Assembly: GCA_963746845.1 (NCBI GenBank)
Contig: CAVVCZ010000009.1
Location: 41,909 to 105,908, forward strand
Length of the DNA: 64,000 nucleotides
Origin: an uncultured Chloroflexia bacterium
GTDB lineage: Bacteria; Chloroflexota; Limnocylindria; Limnocylindrales; CSP1-4
Direction of reading: 5' to 3'
Shown: in pieces, positions 29,403 to 37,116 of the stretch
How the letters are laid out: each line of letters opens with the position of its first letter
How positions within the stretch are numbered: the first letter of the stretch is position 1
Program-made: the position numbers and the translations under genes
The notes under the pieces: model-generated
The model's database searches: none
What the model was told of the DNA's origin: nothing
The model's input: only the letters and a program-made list of their open reading frames with translations

Positions 29403-30263
29403 TCAGGCAGGCACAGCCACGGGCCGTTCGATGGGCATCCCGACCATGCTGCCCCACTCGGTCCAGCTGCCGTCGTAATTGCGGACCCGCTGGTAGCCGA
29501 GCAGCTCGTGGAGGACGAACCACGAGTGCGAGCTGCGCTCGCCGATCCGGCAGTACGCGACGACGTCCTTGTCGGGCGTGACGCCCTTCGCCTCGTACAG
29601 GTCGGCCAGCTCGTCGCGGCTCTTGAACGTGCCGTCCTCGCGGACCGTCTGGGCCCACGGGATGCTCGCGGCTCCGGGGATATGACCGGCCCGCTGGGCC
29701 GTCTCGGTCATGCCGGGCGGGGCGATGATCTCGCCCGCGAACTCGGCCGGGCTGCGCACGTCGACGAGGGCGAAGTCGCCGTCGCCGAGCCGCGGCAGGA
29801 TGTCCTTCTGGAACGCCCGCAACGCGAAGTCCGGCTCCGGCAGCGCGTAACCGGTCGAGGCGTAGGCCGGGACGTCGGTCGTCAGCGGCAGCCCGTTGTC
29901 GAGCCAGTACTTGCGACCGCCGTCGAGAATCCGGACGTCGTCGTGGCCGAACAGCTTCAGCTGCCAGTACGCCCAGGCGGCGAACCAGTTGTTGTTGTCG
30001 CCGTACAGGACGATCGTGGTGTCGCGGTCGATCCCGCTCGTGCGGAGGAGCTGCTCGAACTCCTCGCGCGATGCGATGTCGCGGCGGATGCCGTCGGCGA
30101 GCTGGCTCGTCCAGTTCCAGCCGACCGCGCCGGGCAGGTGGCTCTGGTCGTAGGCGGTCGTGTCGACATCGACCTCGACGAAGCGGACGTTCGGGTCCGA
30201 GAGATGGGCCTGGGCCCAGGCGGCGTCCACGAGGACGTCGGTGGCGTAGCCGGGAACGGTCAT
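29403..30263 (-). CDS. Tandem-domain rhodanese / thiosulfate sulfurtransferase (CysA/SseA-like)
   Basis: LYGDNNNWFAA, GHIPGA, active site YCRIGERSS, YDGSWTEW; AGAGGAG SD. Confidence 0.95.
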   Translation of the reverse strand: MTVPGYATDVLVDAAWAQAHLSDPNVRFVEVDVDTTAYDQSHLPGAVGWNWTSQLADGIRRDIASREEFEQLLRTSGIDRDTTIVLYGDNNNWFAAWAYWQLKLFGHDDVRILDGGRKYWLDNGLPLTTDVPAYASTGYALPEPDFALRAFQKDILPRLGDGDFALVDVRSPAEFAGEIIAPPGMTETAQRAGHIPGAASIPWAQTVREDGTFKSRDELADLYEAKGVTPDKDVVAYCRIGERSSHSWFVLHELLGYQRVRNYDGSWTEWGSMVGMPIERPVAVPA

Positions 30264-30413
30264 CTGCGGTGCTCCTCTCGATCGGGTGGCCACCCGCGAC
30301 GCGGGCGGCAGGGACTCAGGGGAAGGATCGATCCGGATCAGGTGTCCGCCATCGGGGGATCGGGGGAGATGGACGGCGGTCGACCCTTCAGATCTGGGGG
30401 TCGCGGGCGACGA

Positions 30414-30449
30414 TCAGGTGGATCGAGCCCGCCGAAGACACGCGCACAT
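30414..30449 (-). promoter_or_regulatory. Putative Cys-containing leader peptide MCACLRRARST (attenuator)
   Basis: ATG TGC GCG TGT CTT CGG CGG GCT CGA TCC ACC TGA preceded by GAGGGG SD, 150 nt upstream of the sulfurtransferase. Confidence 0.55.
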
Positions 30450-30453
30450 CGGG

Positions 30454-30918
30454 CTACCCCTCACCGGTCGTCCGATCGAGCCGGCTGAACGCGGCCAATC
30501 GCTCGTGACAGGCGGCACGCTCGCGCTGTGCCTGACGGACGATCCATGGGTCGACCCGGGTCGAGTCCTCGATCGCGATGGTCGTGCCGTACGGCCCGTC
30601 CTCGAGGACGATCCCCGAGCCGTTGCGGTAGTCGGCCATCCAGTTGGCCTGGAGGCCCACGACGACATCTGTGACCACCTCGGGCGGAAAGATCCAGTCG
30701 AGGTGAGTCGCGTTCAGGCGATCGACGACGTCGGCGATCCGGATCGGCCGGCCACGCTCGATCCGGGCCAGCAGGTGGACGACCCGGAGCGTCGTGAAGG
30801 GATCGTGTGACTCGGCGACGACCGGCGGCGCGAGGTCCGCGTCGGGCAGGCCGGCGGGCGCCGGCCGGAGCGCTCCGAGACCGGGCGCGACGGTCGAGAT
30901 CGGGCTGTCGGCGGGCAT
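30454..30918 (-). CDS. Hypothetical protein (possible winged-helix-like)
   Basis: 154-aa ORF with typical codon use, GGAG SD and an upstream TAGATT -10. Confidence 0.7.
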   Translation of the reverse strand: MPADSPISTVAPGLGALRPAPAGLPDADLAPPVVAESHDPFTTLRVVHLLARIERGRPIRIADVVDRLNATHLDWIFPPEVVTDVVVGLQANWMADYRNGSGIVLEDGPYGTTIAIEDSTRVDPWIVRQAQRERAACHERLAAFSRLDRTTGEG

Positions 30919-30995
30919 GACCGGGTCGGATCTCCGAGCAATCTACTAGGAATTGCGAAGCCTACCCGAAGCCCGCCACGGCTGCCAGAGCCGGG

Positions 30996-31274
30996 TCAGC
31001 CGCTGCGCCCGTCGTCGTGCGCCGGATCGTCGGCGTCGGACGTGGTCGTCGAGGGCTCGTCGTCCGGGAATTCGAGCTCGAGGAGGGTGCCGTCTTCGCC
31101 GCTGACCCCGCGGACCGGGGCGGCATGCTCGACGAGCTCGGCCGCCGGCTTCGAGGCCCGGAAGACCTGGTAGTCGAACCCGGCCAGGACGCCGCCGATC
31201 GCCTGGGCGGTCGATGGGCGTCGCTTCCGGGGCTGGGCCGCGCCCGTGGGCTCGTCGTTCGATCGGTCCGTCAT
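30996..31274 (-). CDS. Small hypothetical protein
   Basis: 92-aa ORF with TACCGT-N7-ATG leaderless promoter. Confidence 0.6.
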   Translation of the reverse strand: MTDRSNDEPTGAAQPRKRRPSTAQAIGGVLAGFDYQVFRASKPAAELVEHAAPVRGVSGEDGTLLELEFPDDEPSTTTSDADDPAHDDGRSG

Positions 31275-31336
31275 CCGGCAAACGGTAGCGGATCGACCCC
31301 GCGGAGAGCCGAGACACGCAGGTCTAGAATCCGGCG

Positions 31337-32182
31337 GTGGTCGAGCGGCACGATCCGACGGAGACGCGGGACTCCGGTCATGCGCGGTTCGCGCGGATCG
31401 TCGCGCGACCGGAGCCGGACATCGACCTGGCCGTTGCCGCGTTGATCATCGCCGGGCACGGACGATCACGGATCGACGAGGCGGCCACGATCGATCGGCT
31501 GGACACGCTCGCGGACCACGTCCGCCTTCGGGTCGACGCCGGGGATCCGGAATCGGTGGTGGTCGATCGCCTGCACGATGTCCTCTACCGCGAGGCCGGT
31601 CTGCGCGGCCCGACCGCCGCCGAGTACGGCGACCCCGCCAACAGCCACCTCGATCGGGTGCTGGAGCGACGCGTCGGCCTGCCCATCAGCCTCGCCGTCG
31701 TGGAGCTCGAGACCGCCTGGCGGATCGGGCTGCCGCTCGTCGGAGTCGGTCTGCCGGGGCACTTCATCGTCGGTGGCCCGGACGGGCTGCTCGTCGACCC
31801 AGCCGATGGGGGGCGACGGCTGACCCCGGACGATTGCCAGGCCCTGATCCGGCGCTCGGTCGGAGACGGGGTCCTGCTGCATGCCGGGATGCTCCGTCCG
31901 GTCGGGCGGCGTCAGATCCTCGCCCGGATGCTGCGCAACCTCCGCACGGCCCATCTCGCGCGACGCGACTGGCCCGCCGCGGTGGATGCCATCGAGCTGC
32001 TGCTCGTCCTCGAGCCGACCGATCCGGAGCACGGTCGGGACCGCGGCCTGCTGCTCGGCCGGATGGGCCGCTTCACGGAGTCCGTCGCGGCCCTGCGTCG
32101 CTATGTTGACGAGCGGCCCGACGCGCACGACGTCCGGGACGTGCGCCAGGTGATCGGGATCTTCGCGGGCCGCCTGAACTAG
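31337..32182 (+). CDS. SirB1/YchA-like transglutaminase-core + TPR protein
   Basis: NSHLDRVLERRVGLPISL, GVGLPGHF, RQILARMLRNL, RDRG; TAGAAT-N6-GTG. Confidence 0.88.
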   Translation: MVERHDPTETRDSGHARFARIVARPEPDIDLAVAALIIAGHGRSRIDEAATIDRLDTLADHVRLRVDAGDPESVVVDRLHDVLYREAGLRGPTAAEYGDPANSHLDRVLERRVGLPISLAVVELETAWRIGLPLVGVGLPGHFIVGGPDGLLVDPADGGRRLTPDDCQALIRRSVGDGVLLHAGMLRPVGRRQILARMLRNLRTAHLARRDWPAAVDAIELLLVLEPTDPEHGRDRGLLLGRMGRFTESVAALRRYVDERPDAHDVRDVRQVIGIFAGRLN

Positions 32183-33351
32183 GCGGTCGGGAGCGGCGCC
32201 TCCGCGGCGGTTGCCTCGACCGGCCCGGCCTCGGCCGACGACGAGCCGCGTGAGCGTTCGATCCTTCGGCGCAGACGGTCGGCCGCGAAGCCGGCCCCGA
32301 TCAGGATCAGGCCCTCGACGAACAGCCCGACGTCCGTCGAGTTGGTCAGGTAGCGGAAGTTGAAGTCCGTCAACGCGGTCACCAGGCCGATCGCCGCGGC
32401 GAAGATGAACGCCGAGCTGTCCCGGCGGAACGCCCGCTCGACGAGGACGAGGCTGACGACGAGGATCGCGGCTTCGGCGATCCACGGCTCCACGAGCCGG
32501 CCGTACTCGCCATTGCCCAGGCTGTCGGTGGTGAACAGGGACAGGGACACCCCCGCGACCGCGACCAGCCCGGCCCAGAATCGAGTCAGGCCGGCCCGGC
32601 GCTGGGCTGCTGCACCGGGCGTGCGCGCCTCCTGCAGCCCGAGGAACCCGAGCCCCACGGCAACGACGAGCCAACCGATCGCCGGCACGATCACGACCCG
32701 GAGGACATCGGCTGCGGGCTCCGGCTCGCCGGCGAGGCAGCACTCCGGAGATGCGGGCCGGAGCAGGTTCAGAACTGCCCACCCGAACCCGGTCAGGGCG
32801 AGCAGGAGGGCCCCCTGGGTGGTCACGGCGGGCAGCGCGATCCGCCCGATCGTGGCGACCAGGAGCGCGGCCGCGGCCCCGGCGACCGGGATCAGCCGCG
32901 AATCGACCAACAGGGCGAGTCCGAGGGATGTGCCCGCGGCGGCGGCCACGAACGTCGCCGCCACGATCGCGCTGCCGCCGGCCCGCCGGCGTCGGGCGTC
33001 ACCGTCCCGCAGCGCGATGCCGATCGCGAGGAGAACGGCCGCGCAGAGGCCGGCTCCCGCGGCAAGGATCATGTTGCTCGAGGATGTCCCCGACGGGACG
33101 GCGATCCGGATGAGGAAGGCGGACCACGCCGCGATCAGGAACAGGCCGCCGAGGTAGCCGAACATCTCCACGACCGTCGGCTGGGGTCCGAAGAAGCCGG
33201 AGGGCGCCGAGGCGACGTTCGTCGGCCGGGTTGACCCACCGTCGATGAGGGTCGCGGCCGCCCCTTCGGACGCGCGGAGCCGATCGGCGGTCGGGCCATC
33301 GATCAGCCCGGCTGCCTGCCACGCGGCGATCTTGTCGAGAACCGTGTCCAT
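32179..33351 (-). CDS. DUF2157-like polytopic membrane protein
   Basis: N-terminal WQAAGLID motif, GYLGG and about 10 TM helices; GGAGG SD. Confidence 0.75.
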   Translation of the reverse strand: MDTVLDKIAAWQAAGLIDGPTADRLRASEGAAATLIDGGSTRPTNVASAPSGFFGPQPTVVEMFGYLGGLFLIAAWSAFLIRIAVPSGTSSSNMILAAGAGLCAAVLLAIGIALRDGDARRRRAGGSAIVAATFVAAAAGTSLGLALLVDSRLIPVAGAAAALLVATIGRIALPAVTTQGALLLALTGFGWAVLNLLRPASPECCLAGEPEPAADVLRVVIVPAIGWLVVAVGLGFLGLQEARTPGAAAQRRAGLTRFWAGLVAVAGVSLSLFTTDSLGNGEYGRLVEPWIAEAAILVVSLVLVERAFRRDSSAFIFAAAIGLVTALTDFNFRYLTNSTDVGLFVEGLILIGAGFAADRLRRRIERSRGSSSAEAGPVEATAAEAPLPTA

Positions 33352-33483
33352 CGCGCCCTCCGGGGGGTCTGGTCGTCTCGTCGCGCGAGTCGGCGGCCGT
33401 CCATCGTGGAGGGGTCGCGTCGTTGGGCCGTCGCGGCGATCGCACAGATGACGCCTGACCCGCTGCAGCGTGACGGCCCGGGG

Positions 33484-34215
33484 CTACGTCGTCGAGAGGT
33501 GGACCGCACGCAATCGGCCCGATCGGACGTCGATCCAGGCGAGGCCGGGTCCACGTGGTGGGGCGGTGCCGGCCTCGACCGCCCGGACCCAGGCGGATGA
33601 CGAGCCGCTGAACCGGGATCGCAGGATCGCCGGGTATCGGCGGACGATCTCGCGATTCGCGGCGGTGTCGACCAGGATCCACACCGAACGAACGGGGGCG
33701 GAGGTCGCGTCGGTCACGTCCGCGAGCTTCCGGTCGGTCGAGCGGACGGCGGCGCCGAGGTCGTCGAGTCGATTCCAGATCTCGACGAGCGCGGTGACGT
33801 CGTGGGCCTGGAGCACGAGATCCGTGGCGTGTCTGGGGTCCACGGGCCGGCTCGGGGCTTCGAAGCGCGCGGTCCAACCCGCCGCCGTCGCGATCCGGAG
33901 GAGCAGCTCCTGGGCGGCGAGGTGCCCGGCGTCGGCCGGCAGCGGATCGACGACGTCCCGGCTGAACCCGATCGCCAGGGGCCGCTCGAGCGCCATCCCG
34001 ATCGCGACCCACGTCTCGATCGAGGTGCCGATCCCGCGACCGCGTTCCAGCCTGCTGATCTCCGACTGGCTGAGGCCCACGAGGCTGCCGAGCGCCGCCT
34101 GCGTGAGCCGCCGCCGCCGTCTGGTCGTCCCGGTGTCTCGTCCGAGGTTCGCCGCGATCGCCTGTGCCTCGCGACCGCCGAGGATCCGGGCTCGTCGCCG
34201 TCTGTGACCGGCCAT
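33484..34215 (-). CDS. XRE/Cro-C1 HTH protein with C-terminal PD-(D/E)xK-like domain
   Basis: LTQAALGSLVGLSQSEISRLERG HTH; ARFE...TDLVL...LVEIW...DDLGAAVRSTDRK. Confidence 0.8.
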   Translation of the reverse strand: MAGHRRRRARILGGREAQAIAANLGRDTGTTRRRRRLTQAALGSLVGLSQSEISRLERGRGIGTSIETWVAIGMALERPLAIGFSRDVVDPLPADAGHLAAQELLLRIATAAGWTARFEAPSRPVDPRHATDLVLQAHDVTALVEIWNRLDDLGAAVRSTDRKLADVTDATSAPVRSVWILVDTAANREIVRRYPAILRSRFSGSSSAWVRAVEAGTAPPRGPGLAWIDVRSGRLRAVHLSTT

Positions 34216-34358
34216 ATGCGCCGGAGTGTTACCCCCGGGGCTTATCGCGCGGTTACGTGGCGCGATCCGCTCCGCCCACGCTCAACCAAGCATGACCTGA
34301 GCCATGCCGGACGGCTCTCCGGCCGTTCAAGCCCGGGATCAAGCACTCCGATGCATAT
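34214..34358. repeat. About 30-bp imperfect inverted repeat enclosing three short hairpins
   Basis: ATATGCGCCGGAGTGTTACCCCCGGGGCTT (34214-34243) versus reverse complement of 34329-34358, ATATGCATCGGAGTGCTTGATCCCGGGCTT. Confidence 0.65.
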
Positions 34359-34386
34359 CGGGTGGGCGAGGGCGAGGAACGAGAGG

Positions 34387-35970
34387 CTAGAGCAGCTCCC
34401 CGTGGGCCGAGCCCGTCGGCTCGCCGTCGCGTGGGCGGGGCTCCTCGCCGGGGCCGTACTCCGGCGCGGAAGGCGCCGGCGCTTCCGCGGGCACATCGCC
34501 GCCCTCCAGCACCCGCAGCGGGCGCGACGCCTGGCCCTCGATCGCGCCGACCCCGAACGGCACCCATTTCGCGGGGTCCTGCAGTCGATGCGCCTCCGTG
34601 TTGCCCCGGGTGTGCGTGTCGGCGAACCCGGACGGCTCGATCCACATCCGCTCGCCCTCGAGCAGGCCGAGCACGCCGGACTGGCCCGGCTCGGAGCGCT
34701 GATGCTGGCAGTACGTGCACGACGCCTCGTCGTGCCGGTTGTACGTCGGCGGCTCCTCGTAGGTCGTGATGTAGCCCTCGTAGTTGCGGAGCACGACCTT
34801 GTGGTCGGAGTAGCTGATCAGGTAGTTCGGCATCACCGGGATCTTGCCGCCGCCTCCCGGTGCATCGATCACGTAGGTCGGGACCGCGTAGCCGGAGGTA
34901 TGGCCGCGCAGGCCCTCCATGATCTCGAGGCCCTTTCCGACCGGCGTCCGGAAGTGCCCGGAGCCCTCGACCAGGTCGCACTGGTAGAGGTAGTACGGCC
35001 GGATCCGGTTCTCAACGAGCTTGTGGACGAGCGCCCGCTGGATATGGACGCAGTCGTTGACGCCGGCGAGCAGGACGGACTGGTTGCCGACCGGCAGGCC
35101 GGCCTTGGTCAGCTTGTCGACCGCGCGTGAGACCTCGGGCGTGATCTCGTTCGGGTGGTTGAAATGGAGGTTGATCCAGAGCGGGTGGTACTGCTCGAGC
35201 ATCGCGCACAGCTCGTCGTCGATCCGCTGGGGCAGGAACACCGGCACCCGCGACCCGATCCGGATGATCTCGATGTGGGGGATCTCGCGGAGGCCGCGGA
35301 GGATCGACTCGAACAGCTTCGGAGCGAGGGTCAGGCCGTCACCGCCGCTGATCAGCACGTCGCGGACCTGGGGCGTCCGGCGGAGGTAGTCGAGCTGGGC
35401 CTCGTGGTCCTTGCGGTTGAAGTTCTGGGTCGGGTCGCCGACGATCCGCGACCGCGTGCAGTACCGGCAGTAGCTGGCGCACTGGGTCGTGACGAGCATC
35501 AGGACGCGGTCCGGGTAGCGATGCACGAGGCCGGGCACCGGGGAGTGGCGATCCTCGGCGAGCGAGTCCTCCATCATCGCGGTGAAGGCCTGCTGCTCCC
35601 GCCCGAGGGGGATGACCTGGCGGCGGATCGGGTCGTCCGGGTCGTCGGGGTCGATGAGCGAGATGAAGTACGGCGTGATGTCGACCCGGAACTTGTCCGG
35701 CGCGCTCAGCCCGGCCCGCTCCTCGTCGGTCAGGTTCAGGACCGCCGCGATCTCCTCGAGATCGTTGACCCGGTGGCTCAGCTGCCAGCGCCAGTCGTTC
35801 CACTTCTCGTCCGGGACGTCGTCCCAGATCGGCGCACGTCGGCTGACGGCCGGGCGACCGTCGGGCCCGAGCACCTTCGCCGGATCGCGCCGATTGACGA
35901 AGACCGGCTCCTCGGCCGCGCGCAACGCGTCCTGATGGGCGACCGCCGTCTTGATCTCGTGGGCGTCCAA
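34387..35970 (-). CDS. kamA: Lysine 2,3-aminomutase (KamA family radical SAM)
   Basis: WNDWRWQ, HRYPDRVL, CASYCRYCTR, SGGD, HFNHP, NQSVLL, YYLYQCD, DAPGGGGK (PLP Lys), LRNYEG; TTG start with AGGAGG SD. Confidence 0.92.
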   Translation of the reverse strand: MDAHEIKTAVAHQDALRAAEEPVFVNRRDPAKVLGPDGRPAVSRRAPIWDDVPDEKWNDWRWQLSHRVNDLEEIAAVLNLTDEERAGLSAPDKFRVDITPYFISLIDPDDPDDPIRRQVIPLGREQQAFTAMMEDSLAEDRHSPVPGLVHRYPDRVLMLVTTQCASYCRYCTRSRIVGDPTQNFNRKDHEAQLDYLRRTPQVRDVLISGGDGLTLAPKLFESILRGLREIPHIEIIRIGSRVPVFLPQRIDDELCAMLEQYHPLWINLHFNHPNEITPEVSRAVDKLTKAGLPVGNQSVLLAGVNDCVHIQRALVHKLVENRIRPYYLYQCDLVEGSGHFRTPVGKGLEIMEGLRGHTSGYAVPTYVIDAPGGGGKIPVMPNYLISYSDHKVVLRNYEGYITTYEEPPTYNRHDEASCTYCQHQRSEPGQSGVLGLLEGERMWIEPSGFADTHTRGNTEAHRLQDPAKWVPFGVGAIEGQASRPLRVLEGGDVPAEAPAPSAPEYGPGEEPRPRDGEPTGSAHGELL

Positions 35971-36021
35971 CGCGGGCGTGCCTCCTGGCGGGTCGAGCGG
36001 TGGCGGTCCACCGCGGCAGAC

Positions 36022-36060
36022 GCATAAAGTCTATGCAGCCTGCATGCTCCGGGGATCATA
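36022..36060 (-). promoter_or_regulatory. kamA -10 element with downstream palindromic operator
   Basis: TATGAT on - at 36055-36060; GCATA-N5-TATGC (36022-36036) and ATGCAG-C-CTGCAT (36033-36045). Confidence 0.5.
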
Positions 36061-36187
36061 GCGCGGCCCGGATCGGGCGGTCCAGACGGTCGATGGTCCC
36101 GGCGCGGTCACCGGGGGTGCGGAGGGTCGGTGGAGCTGAGGTCCGGCGGGGCAGAACAGCGCGCGGATCAGCGCGCAGGGGTCTCGG

Positions 36188-36508
36188 CTACTCCCCGATC
36201 ACCGACCAGATGAAGCCCATCATGACGAAGAAGCCGACGAACATCCCGATCAGGCCGAGACCGCCGTAGGGCGAGTTCGCGCCCTCGTGGGGGACGAGCT
36301 GGAGGGCGATCCCGAAGACGATCGCCCACGCGACGAACAGGAAGGCGAACAGGTACTTCGAGGTGCCGCGTGCCATCAGCCGGCTGATGCCCGTCGGGCC
36401 CTCGGCGCTCATCGCCGAGCGGAGCAGGATCACCAGCATCAGGGTCGCGATCCCGATCGAAGCGCCGAACTCGACGGGTCGCAGGAAGATGATCGTGAAC
36501 AGCTGCAC
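36188..36508 (-). CDS. Small 3-TM hypothetical membrane protein
   Basis: Three hydrophobic segments, GAGGA SD. Confidence 0.7.
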   Translation of the reverse strand: MQLFTIIFLRPVEFGASIGIATLMLVILLRSAMSAEGPTGISRLMARGTSKYLFAFLFVAWAIVFGIALQLVPHEGANSPYGGLGLIGMFVGFFVMMGFIWSVIGE

Positions 36509-36568
36509 CGGGGTCCTCGCTCAGGCTTCCAACGTGCAGCGCGATGCTACCAGAGCGCCGGGTCGCGA

Positions 36569-37054
36569 TCAGCCCGCCGGCCGCTCCGGAAACGACGCCA
36601 GGGCCTCGGCGGCGGCGGCCGTGACCCGCTCGTAGTCACGGACCGAGAACGCCGCGACCCACGGCGCCTCGACGTTGATCACCGCCACGACCGCGCCCGG
36701 CTCGCCGACCGGCACGGTCAGCGACGAGCGGCTGTGGCCTCCCGGGAACCCGCGATAGTCGGGATCGAGGGTGACGTCCGCGCTCAGGGCGGCCGCACCG
36801 GTCCGGAAGACCCGACCGCACACGGAGCCGGTCAGCGGGACGATCCACTCCCCGACGACCACCTCGCCGATGTCCTCGCCCGCTCCCCACGCCTGGGCCG
36901 CAAGCCGGAGGCCGTCCGCGGCCGGATCGGGAACGAACAGCGCGACATGCTGGAACGGCTGGTCGCGGGCGATCTCGTCCGCGACGCGCGACGCCCAGCC
37001 GGTGATCGCCGCCCAGCCCGCCCTCGCGACCGCTGGGTCCGCGTCGGTGCGCAT
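36569..37054 (-). CDS. Stand-alone GAF domain protein
   Basis: GSVCGRVFRTG, DPDY, SSLTVPV, VINVE GAF pattern. Confidence 0.8.
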   Translation of the reverse strand: MRTDADPAVARAGWAAITGWASRVADEIARDQPFQHVALFVPDPAADGLRLAAQAWGAGEDIGEVVVGEWIVPLTGSVCGRVFRTGAAALSADVTLDPDYRGFPGGHSRSSLTVPVGEPGAVVAVINVEAPWVAAFSVRDYERVTAAAAEALASFPERPAG

Positions 37055-37116
37055 CGTGGCGTCGATCGTCGAGTCTCCTGAACGTCCGGAACCCGCTTGT
37101 GCCGAGCGTGTATAGC

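Noticed and set aside
35971-36187. Lysine riboswitch upstream of kamA
   Set aside because: The leader after the -10 is only about 80 nt and has no L-box consensus.
36569-37054. Free methionine-R-sulfoxide reductase (MsrC/fRMsr)
   Set aside because: Has a VCG motif but lacks the HIAC cysteine (reads YRGF); called a generic GAF protein.
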